A stretch of DNA of 31,444 nt from Candidatus Heimdallarchaeota archaeon B3_Heim (GTDB lineage Archaea > Asgardarchaeota > Heimdallarchaeia > Hodarchaeales > Hodarchaeaceae): contig NJBF01000042.1 in the NCBI GenBank assembly GCA_003144275.1, positions 1 through 31,444 of the forward strand, written 5' to 3'. Below, in pieces: positions 9,050 to 17,232 of the stretch. Position 1 is the first letter of the stretch; the number at the start of each line of letters is the position of its first letter. The notes beneath the pieces were generated by a model. That model did not search any database, was not told where the DNA came from, and saw only the letters and a list, made by a program, of their open reading frames with translations. The position numbers were made by a program, and so were the translations under genes.

Positions 9050-10659
9050 GTCAAAATGCAGAATTAAGAGATCTCTTGATCAGAGTTGGGTCGAAATTAG
9101 CAGAGACAGATAATGAGGTTCAAGATTGGCATGTATGGTTTCTTCGACATCTTGATTTTTACAACAATTCTAATTTATCAGAAAGTGCATTTGAAATTGT
9201 CTTAGAGCGACATAAGAATTTTCTAGAGAAAAAATTCGGTACCGATTTATCAAAAATCGAAGGAGAATTAGAGATTGATCAGCTTACTACAGGTGTAAAG
9301 TGTTCGTCTTGTGGTGGAGAAAATAGTGCACATACACAATATTGTATTCATTGTGGCAAACCTATTCAACAACAAGAGACATCTAAGATTTATATTAAAA
9401 AATCTGATGCTGAGGAGGAAAGTGAAGAGAAGGATTTTAACTTAACAGAGAAAATTATAGAAACAAGTGAATTGAAAGAAGAAATTGTAAATAAAGAGGA
9501 AAACAAGCTCGAACCAGTTATTAAAGTCGAGAAGAAATTAGATAAGAAACCCAAACCTTCCAATTCCTTCCAGAAAAAACTTATGGACGTTTCTCAAGTA
9601 AAGAAGCTAAAACCCTTTAAGCGAGAAGAGGAATCCAAGCGAAGATCGTTCAGAGATGTTCAGCTTGAATGGTCGGACATAATTTCATTTTCGAGAATTA
9701 CGATCATTGGTCTGGTCTTCTTTGTCCTTGTTCTAATAGCAATTGTTGCAAGAATGGCTACAGGAAGAACTGCCCTCGGATTAATTGCCCTAACCTTTTT
9801 TTTCCTTCTTTTTGGGTTTGTCCTTGATGTCTTGCGATGGAGAAATTATTCAGATTGGAGTGCCCTTGGAGCATTAATCGCCTATGCGGGAGTAGTATTG
9901 ATATTTGGCCCTTTGTTGATCTATGTATTTTTCGAGGAATTAGACTTGTCCACGATCATTCTCGCAGAAGGTCTAGGAGTGTTTTTTGTAATTATTGGGG
10001 TATCCTTGCGATGGAATGATTACGATACGAAACTTTTAGATTTAGGGACAATATTTGTTGCCTATCTTAGAAATTATCAGTATCGTGCTGCCTTTAGAGC
10101 GTTCTTGAGTTTAGCAAAGAATCTAATAGCAGGTCTTGTAAAAACCATTGGTAGTGGTCTCAGAAATTTCATACCACGTTTGATCGTATTTTCAAAAATA
10201 GTTGGAAGAGGCTTACAAACTTTTTTCAAAACAAGCCTAGGCTTATCATCTCTGTCTTTGAAAAGAAGTTTCACAGTTCTGTGGGAAAATGTTCATTGGG
10301 TAGGACTATTTGCTGCTTTTGGCTATCTTTTATTAGCAGGATTAACTTCCCAAGGTTTTTATCTCAATGTTGAACTAACTATTATTACTCTATTCTTTTT
10401 TGTTTTAGGAGTCCTATTTACCAATTCTGAAAGAGCAGTAAAGGCTGTAAAAAACACACGAAGGGTAGTCCTGAAAGGGATAATCAGTACATACTCCATG
10501 TTATCAGGAACCAAAATTAAAACTGAAGAAGCATTATTTTGTTCTCGCTGCATGAGAGGAGTACACGAAATTGAGTATGAAGAACTTAAACACGTTGAAC
10601 AAAAACAAATTCCCGAATGTCCATACTGTGGACACGAAAATTGGGTAACAGTTAACTAA
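9046..10659 (+). CDS. Membrane protein with N- and C-terminal zinc ribbons, function unknown
   Basis: CSSC-x10-CIHC near the N-terminus, K/E-rich linker, ~6-7 TM segments, long basic amphipathic stretch, C-terminal CSRC...CPYC. GGTGGT RBS and ATGA overlap. Confidence 0.8.
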   Translation: MSQNAELRDLLIRVGSKLAETDNEVQDWHVWFLRHLDFYNNSNLSESAFEIVLERHKNFLEKKFGTDLSKIEGELEIDQLTTGVKCSSCGGENSAHTQYCIHCGKPIQQQETSKIYIKKSDAEEESEEKDFNLTEKIIETSELKEEIVNKEENKLEPVIKVEKKLDKKPKPSNSFQKKLMDVSQVKKLKPFKREEESKRRSFRDVQLEWSDIISFSRITIIGLVFFVLVLIAIVARMATGRTALGLIALTFFFLLFGFVLDVLRWRNYSDWSALGALIAYAGVVLIFGPLLIYVFFEELDLSTIILAEGLGVFFVIIGVSLRWNDYDTKLLDLGTIFVAYLRNYQYRAAFRAFLSLAKNLIAGLVKTIGSGLRNFIPRLIVFSKIVGRGLQTFFKTSLGLSSLSLKRSFTVLWENVHWVGLFAAFGYLLLAGLTSQGFYLNVELTIITLFFFVLGVLFTNSERAVKAVKNTRRVVLKGIISTYSMLSGTKIKTEEALFCSRCMRGVHEIEYEELKHVEQKQIPECPYCGHENWVTVN

Positions 10660-10694
10660 TATGGTGAAAAATGATCAATTAGCAGTTTTTCTGG

Positions 10695-10719
10695 CGGTAT
10701 TAAGAAATTCTCAATACCG
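10695..10719 (+). terminator. Stem-loop after the membrane operon
   Basis: CGGTATT...AATACCG 7-bp stem with further pairing, 35 nt after the stop and preceded by T5. Confidence 0.35.
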
Positions 10720-10890
10720 AATGATTCATCCCTTCTAATTGGAGTATCTCCGTGTTCTAAGCATCTTTAGGATATTAACTTGTAGGAAAAATAACACTAG
10801 TGATCATTGACACTAAAAGTAGCAAACTTATTTTAAATGAAGAATGGGGAATATGTCCTGTCTCTAATAAATTGAGAATGGGGTCTTTAC

Positions 10891-11988
10891 ATGATCTTTA
10901 CACTTGATTTAATCATAACTGTGATAATTGCTGTTTTGTGTGTTTCAGCGGAAATCATAATTGCCGTTAGTCTATCAAGACGTTGGATAAAATATAATGC
11001 AAAAACCTTAACTATATTTCTCATGGCATTGGTCTCATTACTTCTCGCTGATGGCTCAGGCTTAATAGCAATGTTTATTACAGACGAATCATTGCTGATC
11101 CCAGTCTATAAGTTTTCATTAATAGGTTCAATGATATCTGTGTGTTTCCTCCTGTATTTTTTTGAGGCTTTTGAGTTTGATACGATTTTCACATGGAAAC
11201 AAATGGTTCATACATTAATTTTAGGAGGAACAGTGGTTGCCATCTTATTAGGGAACTTCCAAACTATCTTTCATTCAGATTTAGAAATATTAACTGTCAC
11301 TTTAGATCCTCTAAGTGAATTTCTCACCTTTTTCTTACCAGGATTGGGCAGTTTGCTAATTATATTAAGCCTATGGAAAGGATATAACGATGCATGGGCT
11401 GTACAAAAGAAACAACTACAATATATGATAATAGGGATAATTATCGCTTATATGGCTCCATTCATTCTCAAACCTGTTGCCTTATCATTATCTTCAATGG
11501 TTTTTACCATTTTCTTACGCGCCGATGTCGCTATTGGCTTCATCCTGTATTTTATTTCATTTGGAAGTCGAGAAAATTTTGCAGTATTTAATCGACATCA
11601 AGCAGAGCGAATTTTAGTGATTCATGAAACTGGTATCCCCTTATTCTCCTATGACTTCAAAGAAGATGATGAGTCGCTTGATGAAGCGTTATTCGCAGGG
11701 GGGATTGTTGCGATAACATCATTAATGCAAGAGGCGACACAGTCAACTGCAGATATATCAGAGGTGAAATTAGAAGGTAATAGACTTCTAATGGAACGAA
11801 AAAATCAAGTTTTAGCTCTGATTCTCACACCTCAAACAACTTTTTACCTGAGAGGGGCGCTTAAACGATTCGCAACAGGATTCATTAGAGAATTTTCACA
11901 ATCTCTCTCATCAATTAATTATATCGAGTCAAATACATATGCAAAAGGTGGAAAGCGCTTAGTTTATGAAAGCTTCGGTGTTGAATAG
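10891..11988 (+). CDS. 7TM membrane protein fused to a C-terminal longin-like domain
   Basis: Seven hydrophobic segments in aa 1-225, then ILVIHETGIPLFSYDF..DEALFAGGIVAITSLMQE..ISEVKL..ALKRFATGF, the longin pattern common in Asgard proteins. Confidence 0.75.
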   Translation: MIFTLDLIITVIIAVLCVSAEIIIAVSLSRRWIKYNAKTLTIFLMALVSLLLADGSGLIAMFITDESLLIPVYKFSLIGSMISVCFLLYFFEAFEFDTIFTWKQMVHTLILGGTVVAILLGNFQTIFHSDLEILTVTLDPLSEFLTFFLPGLGSLLIILSLWKGYNDAWAVQKKQLQYMIIGIIIAYMAPFILKPVALSLSSMVFTIFLRADVAIGFILYFISFGSRENFAVFNRHQAERILVIHETGIPLFSYDFKEDDESLDEALFAGGIVAITSLMQEATQSTADISEVKLEGNRLLMERKNQVLALILTPQTTFYLRGALKRFATGFIREFSQSLSSINYIESNTYAKGGKRLVYESFGVE

Positions 11989-12120
11989 GTCAACCGTTTT
12001 CTAACCTTAATTTTCAACCCTAATAACACTCACTTTATGTAAAAATTAATGAATTCCGTTAATCATACCAGATTTATGGTGGTGACCTAATTAGTTTTAC
12101 CAGGAATTACCCGTGCGCAA

Positions 12121-12861
12121 ATGATCCAAGTAGATCGATTGATGGAACAACGTGGCATTACTCTATTGTTAATGATGGAAAATGCTGGACATAATCTCGC
12201 ACGCCTATCATTTCTCATGGGCAAAGAAAAATCCTCTTACACCGTAATAGCTGGCTCTGGAGGGAATGCGGGAGGGGGAATGGTTGCAGCGAGAAGGTTA
12301 GCTGCGTGGGGACGTGAAGTGCAAATATTCCTTCCCAAAGGCCAAGACAAACTCAATAATGTACTTGAAAAACAATTAACAAGAGCAAAAATGGCGGGAG
12401 TTGACATCTACGATGGGTTACCAGCTAAAGACACTGAAAATTCTCTTATACTCGATTGTTATCTTGGATATAGTTTTGAATTTAGAGAGGACGAGCTGAC
12501 TGAACAGGTATTCTCCTTCTTTCGAAAGAATAACTCTATTATCTCGTTAGATTGTCCATCAGGAATTGACATTACAACAGGTGAGAATTTTAGTCATTTT
12601 CAACCATTAGCGACATTAACGATAGCTTTTGTTAAGACTGGATTATTACACTTACAACCCGAGTATTTAGGAGATTTCTATGTAATCGATATCGGAGTAC
12701 CAGTTGATATCTATCGTTCTGAAATTGGAATCGAGTGGCAACCACATTTTGATCCAAACGACTTGGAGAAACTATCAAAAGCATTTGTGCAAGATCCAAT
12801 TCAAAATGTTCGGATTTGGAGAGAATCTGAAACAAGTAAGGTAGGATGGGGAACCATCTAG
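12121..12861 (+). CDS. nnrE: NAD(P)H-hydrate epimerase (stand-alone YjeF_N)
   Basis: LMMENAG, GSGGNAGGG, ILDCYLG, SLDCPSG, TLTIAFVKTGL, DIGVP motifs. The true start may lie ~10 codons upstream (see findings). Confidence 0.85.
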   Translation: MIQVDRLMEQRGITLLLMMENAGHNLARLSFLMGKEKSSYTVIAGSGGNAGGGMVAARRLAAWGREVQIFLPKGQDKLNNVLEKQLTRAKMAGVDIYDGLPAKDTENSLILDCYLGYSFEFREDELTEQVFSFFRKNNSIISLDCPSGIDITTGENFSHFQPLATLTIAFVKTGLLHLQPEYLGDFYVIDIGVPVDIYRSEIGIEWQPHFDPNDLEKLSKAFVQDPIQNVRIWRESETSKVGWGTI

Positions 12862-12894
12862 CCAAATTTAGAGTCATTAATACTTTACTATAAC

Positions 12895-13446
12895 TTAGGC
12901 CTTAAGAATACCTTGTTTCTTTAACACTTCTTTCGTAATCACCGAAAATGCCTCATGAATGTTTTGATTAGCATAAGCGGACGTCTCTAAATACTTCACA
13001 GGTTGAAAATCAGGGATGACTGTATCTTCTAAAACACCATAATCAATTTGGATCATATCATCGAGATCGGCTTTATTTCCAAGGAGAACAGTAGGAATCC
13101 TATTTTTTCCTAATCTTTCGTCAATTTGACTCTTCCAGTCATATAAATCATCTAAGGAGTCTGGACGTGTTAAGTCGAATACAACCAATGCACCATTTGC
13201 TTTTCGAAAAAATATATCTCTCAGTGTTTGGAATCGTTCTTGTCCAGCAACGTCAAATAAAATTAAATTAACCAAAAATCCATTAACTTCGATTTTCCGA
13301 TTTGAAGGTTCCATACCTATGGTAAGTAAGTAATTAAATTCAAATTTGTTTTCAACAAATCTGCGCACGATACTTGTTTTCCCTACAGCTCCAGTACCGC
13401 ATACTATGATTTTCATATGATATTTGGCTTTCTCCGTGTAGTCCAT
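12895..13446 (-). CDS. Rab-like small GTPase (Ras superfamily)
   Basis: G1 GTGAVGKTS, G2 LTIG, G3 DVAGQERF, G4 NKAD, G5 ETSA; RabF-like segments FFRKA and LVVFDLT; no C-terminal Cys. Confidence 0.95.
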   Translation of the reverse strand: MDYTEKAKYHMKIIVCGTGAVGKTSIVRRFVENKFEFNYLLTIGMEPSNRKIEVNGFLVNLILFDVAGQERFQTLRDIFFRKANGALVVFDLTRPDSLDDLYDWKSQIDERLGKNRIPTVLLGNKADLDDMIQIDYGVLEDTVIPDFQPVKYLETSAYANQNIHEAFSVITKEVLKKQGILKA

Positions 13447-13594
13447 TACAGCTCATACTCCAATGTTTCCCTATATAACAAAGATCTATCTCACTAAAGA
13501 AGCAAGACATATAGCTTTACAAGTTTAATAAAATAAAAGGTTAATCATATAAAATCACAAAGGAGTTTTTCTTATCAATACATAGGATTGAAGA

Positions 13595-15472
13595 ATGATG
13601 TCCATAAAAGAAAAGGTTTCACGAATTCCATGGAAAGAGTACCTCTCAAAACAAATGGTAAAAATTATTGGGCTCCTCCTTATCACTTTTTTGCTGATAA
13701 TTGTCATGATTATCTCTGTAGGCATTGAGGATCTATCAACTGTTACATATGGCAATACAGAGTATGTAGTCGCCATTGTTTTATCAACATTGTGTTTTTT
13801 CCTTGTATTAATCGGGTTTTCGAAAATTGTGCTATTCGATATGGCTGATGAGTTCGGTTTGAGAGATGAATCTGGAAAAATGATGTATAATTCGCGTTTT
13901 TGGCTATTTACACTGTTAGCTTTATCGTTTTGCTCCGCTATATATCTTCTCTTGGATGTTTTCTTACAAGAAACCTATTTACAACTTCTTCCAGTAATTT
14001 TTATGCGTGGAATTTTGGATTACTTTGAACTCGACATAGAGAATTTATCTGATGTTGATGGAAGGAAATTTTACGAAACAGCAAGGAATCTCTATTTTGG
14101 TGGATTTTTTCTTCTAATAATTGCATTCTCAATTATTGTTTTTCTTATAATTTTGACAACTTTTGCAAGACGTAGAGTTGTTAGAAAATTCAAAAAAGAG
14201 GAAGAAGTCGAAGAAAAAGAAAAAGAAGGGATTAAAACTATATATAAACTATTTGCTTGGATTCTAATTCCGTTTTTGGCATTTTTTGTAATAGCTTTAC
14301 AAAATACATCTATCGGACCTATCGTTACAATTGGATATCTGCTTGCAGCAATATGGTGGATATATCAAGTCTTAAAGGTGATTTTCCAAATTGTGTGGGG
14401 AGGTGTAAAGATTACAGCTTTTATCACAAGTGTCAATTTACTTGTGATTATTCCCCTCATTGCTACTTTATGGCTACTCCCTACATTTCTTTGGGGGATT
14501 TGGGATACGGTTCAGGCAGTCACTGATTCATCCTTTACTATGCCTGAGCTTACGAATCTGTTTGTAGATTCAATAATTACTAGACTTGTTGATTTTAATA
14601 ATTTAATTCAACTCGATTTCATAATAATAACAATTATTGCTACTTTGGTAGTAGGATTTGCTGAAGGATTTGCTATTATCGCGATCTTTTCTGCTTTATC
14701 TAGAGGTATAGAAGTAGCGCGAAGTGGACAAGTTCTTGCACGATCTCCACCAAAGGTTATGGTATTTTCTAAATATCTTGTTATGCTTGGTGTGTGGGTT
14801 TCACTTCTATGGGATAGCTTTGGAGCAATAATTGAAATGTTAAAAAATCAAATTAATTTAAACATACAATTAACTGTGCCTAACTTCTTTCATCTGCTTT
14901 ATAATCAGGTAGTTTTACCTATTTCGGATTATTTAGCAAAAAATTGGTCTACACTAGAATATCTTCCTTACTTGATTCTTCCAATCATTTTCATTTTCTC
15001 AGGAGCGTTTAAATTCCTATCTGTTGCATTAGTCACCCCGAAAGTCAAAGATAGGGGTGAAGTATTCTTCCTCCTCGTGTCTACTTCCTTTGTCTTGATC
15101 ATCACAAATATCTTAGGTGACATTTACGAATTAGCCATACCAGATGCTCCTTTACGTTCTCTCTCGGGTTTAACAACCATTCTTTCTTCTGCTGTTGGCA
15201 CCTTTGAAAATGTAGAATCTGTTGCTTTTTATGGTGGATTCCTATTTGGAATTGTTTTCATGCTTTGGAAGGCTATCAAACGAGAAAGTACCCCAACAAG
15301 TACTTCTGCTCCAACTGATGATAGTACTCTCCCATCAATTGATACTCCAACTAAGGAATCTGTTATTAAGGAAACAACTATTTTGGTAGATATTGAAGAT
15401 GCTGAACCCGATGAGACTCTCGATTTGGAATTAAGCAGTGGAAAAGAAGAAGCTGAGAATGTTGAACAATAG
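13595..15472 (+). CDS. Polytopic membrane protein (~12 TM) with acidic S/T/P-rich C-terminal tail, function unknown
   Basis: 625-aa ORF with many hydrophobic segments, charged loop RRRVVRKFKKEEEVEEKEKE, tail STPTSTSAPTDD...EEAENVEQ. Confidence 0.8.
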   Translation: MMSIKEKVSRIPWKEYLSKQMVKIIGLLLITFLLIIVMIISVGIEDLSTVTYGNTEYVVAIVLSTLCFFLVLIGFSKIVLFDMADEFGLRDESGKMMYNSRFWLFTLLALSFCSAIYLLLDVFLQETYLQLLPVIFMRGILDYFELDIENLSDVDGRKFYETARNLYFGGFFLLIIAFSIIVFLIILTTFARRRVVRKFKKEEEVEEKEKEGIKTIYKLFAWILIPFLAFFVIALQNTSIGPIVTIGYLLAAIWWIYQVLKVIFQIVWGGVKITAFITSVNLLVIIPLIATLWLLPTFLWGIWDTVQAVTDSSFTMPELTNLFVDSIITRLVDFNNLIQLDFIIITIIATLVVGFAEGFAIIAIFSALSRGIEVARSGQVLARSPPKVMVFSKYLVMLGVWVSLLWDSFGAIIEMLKNQINLNIQLTVPNFFHLLYNQVVLPISDYLAKNWSTLEYLPYLILPIIFIFSGAFKFLSVALVTPKVKDRGEVFFLLVSTSFVLIITNILGDIYELAIPDAPLRSLSGLTTILSSAVGTFENVESVAFYGGFLFGIVFMLWKAIKRESTPTSTSAPTDDSTLPSIDTPTKESVIKETTILVDIEDAEPDETLDLELSSGKEEAENVEQ

Positions 15473-15606
15473 CTCTATAATCAGTAACGTAACAAATTTA
15501 TGGATCTTACTCGGAAAATGAATGTAAAATGGTAAGAATACATAATCGGAAGCTCTCCCAGAATCTTACTAGGAATCTTAAATCCTTTGCAATAAGACGT
15601 TCTGAT

Positions 15607-15813
15607 ACCTTCAAATTTTATGACTACCGTTCTGAAAGACTTACCCAAATAGGACAGTTAGGAATAATTATCCCAAACCATTTTTGGAGCTGTTCTTCCT
15701 GATTCATCGACACGCGCCTACTGGCTAGCAGGTCTTACCACCTCTCCACAGGCATTTAAGGTCTCCGCGGAACTCTCGGCGACCATCAAGTAAAATCAGG
15801 TGTTGATTTTACC
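15607..15813 (-). ncRNA. Putative IS607/TnpB-type omega-RNA (reRNA): ~187-nt scaffold plus ~20-nt guide
   Basis: GC-rich island in AT-rich DNA. The minus strand reads like a tnpB 3' tail (MVAESSAETLNACGEVVRP..., SMNQE) and carries GCCTGTGGAGAG...GTAAGACC...GTCGATGAATCAGGAA, then ATTTGGGTAAGTCTTTCAGAACGG. Hairpins: GTAAAATCA/TGATTTTAC, GGTC-G-CCG/CGG-A-GACC, CCTGCT/AGTAGG. Confidence 0.7.
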
Positions 15814-16078
15814 AATTGATTAGGAGCGTTTTCTTGTTATAAACCTTATACACTCCATGTTCTAAAATAATTTTTGTAATTACCCTTTATTTTAGGCTCA
15901 AGTGGTTACTTTTCTAAACATTTTAACCATATTGTAATGAGATCGATTAATCATCCTATTATGTTCCTATTTTCCCCTCCCCTATCTTTTCTTTCCTTGA
16001 GTTACTTCTTATTACTCCATCCGTTCCCCGGTTCATTTGTCCATATTTCTCTAAATTTGTCCATAAATCAGTTGACTG
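15627..16078 (-). mobile_element. Non-autonomous IS607-like element (MITE-like, no tnpA/tnpB)
   Basis: Right end ...CAGAACGG at 15627. Candidate left end CAGTCAAC at 16078 is followed by 10-bp-period repeats ATGGACAAAT/TTAGAGAAAT/ATGGACAAAT. End motifs were recognised from memory of IS607 ends; the left boundary is less certain. Confidence 0.55.
15837..15847 (-). promoter_or_regulatory. Candidate TATA box for the omega-RNA-like unit
   Basis: Minus strand AAGG-TTTATAA (TATA 15843-15837); a standard -26 spacing puts the TSS at ~15813, the first base of the 5' hairpin. Confidence 0.45.
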
Positions 16079-16198
16079 CTATCAACCCTTTTCACATACA
16101 GTTTCGAAGAAAAAGGAGATCTGTAAATTAATTTATTCTGAATATCATTGATTTTTTTAGCACACTTCATTAATGCATAATCAGTTGAGTAGACTATA

Positions 16199-16729
16199 AT
16201 GCGGTTATTAATCGGAATCACGGGAAATATGGGGTCAGGGAAGAGTCTTGCTGCTGATTATATCACTAGAAAATATCATTGTAAGAAGCTTCGTTTATCT
16301 GGTAAAATGAGAGAAATTGCTCTAGAGTTGGAGATAGAACCAACAAGGGATTTCCTTCAGGGGATTGGTAAATTTATGAGAGATTTTGATGATGATGTAT
16401 GGGTCCGCTATATCTTTAATAAAGTACAATCAAGTGAATCTCCAATAGTAATAGATGATATACGAAGAGAAAACGAAACTAAATACTTACAACCTCTAGG
16501 TTTTCAATATATCAGGATTGATACTAGATCTGATATCCGCAAAAGTCGAATTGAGAATCGAGTAGAAGGTAAAATAACTGATGCCGATTGGGATAGATGG
16601 ACTACCCATTTAACCGAAAACCAAGTTATGGAATTAGAAGTTGATTATCAAATAGAAAATAATGGGACGATTGGGGAGCTACAGGAACAACTTGATACAG
16701 TAATAATGGAAATTCAAAAGAAAAGGTAA
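16199..16729 (+). CDS. P-loop nucleoside monophosphate kinase-like protein (dephospho-CoA/dNMP kinase-like)
   Basis: IGITGNMGSGKS Walker A, VIDDIRRENE, R-x2-R lid segment; substrate not assignable. Confidence 0.75.
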   Translation: MRLLIGITGNMGSGKSLAADYITRKYHCKKLRLSGKMREIALELEIEPTRDFLQGIGKFMRDFDDDVWVRYIFNKVQSSESPIVIDDIRRENETKYLQPLGFQYIRIDTRSDIRKSRIENRVEGKITDADWDRWTTHLTENQVMELEVDYQIENNGTIGELQEQLDTVIMEIQKKR

Positions 16730-16735
16730 CTACGA

Positions 16736-17158
16736 TCATTCATAATCTTTTAAAAGATCCATTGAGCCTTTCATCTTCTTTTCGACCTTTTGTTTTTTTC
16801 GTGATGCGAGAGCACCTTTTAATTCGTCTACACTGAATTGATCAGATTCTGCAGCTGATGTGTCTTCAAATGTTCCTCCAGTGAGTACCGTTGCTTGCCC
16901 TCCAGGGGGAATACCAGTATTAGGTCTTTTTGCTTGTCTTAAGTATACTTGGAAGGAATCTATGAAATTACGAGCTATTTTCATAACTAATTCATCTATT
17001 GCCCCAGGATTGTTTAGACCATACTCCAGTCCGCGACGAATTTCTCCAATTTGAGTATTTACGGAATCAGGGTTCGTTTGAAATGCTTTATTCACAATAA
17101 GATCGATTAATTTTTTCATTTCCTGCCCCATCCATGAAGTGAATTCTTGACTAGTCAT
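16736..17158 (-). CDS. Hypothetical protein (140 aa)
   Basis: ORF with AGGTAGG RBS, co-oriented downstream of the solenoid gene; helical N-terminus, G/P/T-rich linker, charged C-terminus. Confidence 0.75.
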   Translation of the reverse strand: MTSQEFTSWMGQEMKKLIDLIVNKAFQTNPDSVNTQIGEIRRGLEYGLNNPGAIDELVMKIARNFIDSFQVYLRQAKRPNTGIPPGGQATVLTGGTFEDTSAAESDQFSVDELKGALASRKKQKVEKKMKGSMDLLKDYE

Positions 17159-17232
17159 GATTCCTACCTACATCTCAGATTAATCGGTGCTACTTTTTAT
17201 GCATTACTAAATTTGCTTATTTCTTAATGTGC

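Noticed and set aside
12250-12280. GSGGNAGGG in place of the canonical GNNGGDG in YjeF_N
   Set aside because: Gly-rich variants occur in stand-alone NnrE proteins to my recollection; not evidence of a new function.
15504-15580. Short direct repeats ATCTTACT[CA]GGAA (15504, 15563) and GAATCTTA (15561, 15573)
   Set aside because: Too short and irregular to call; may be transposase-binding-like remnants but lie outside the inferred element.
15937-16131. 64-aa ORF in the intergenic gap
   Set aside because: Low-complexity product of the pyrimidine-rich tract inside the putative MITE.
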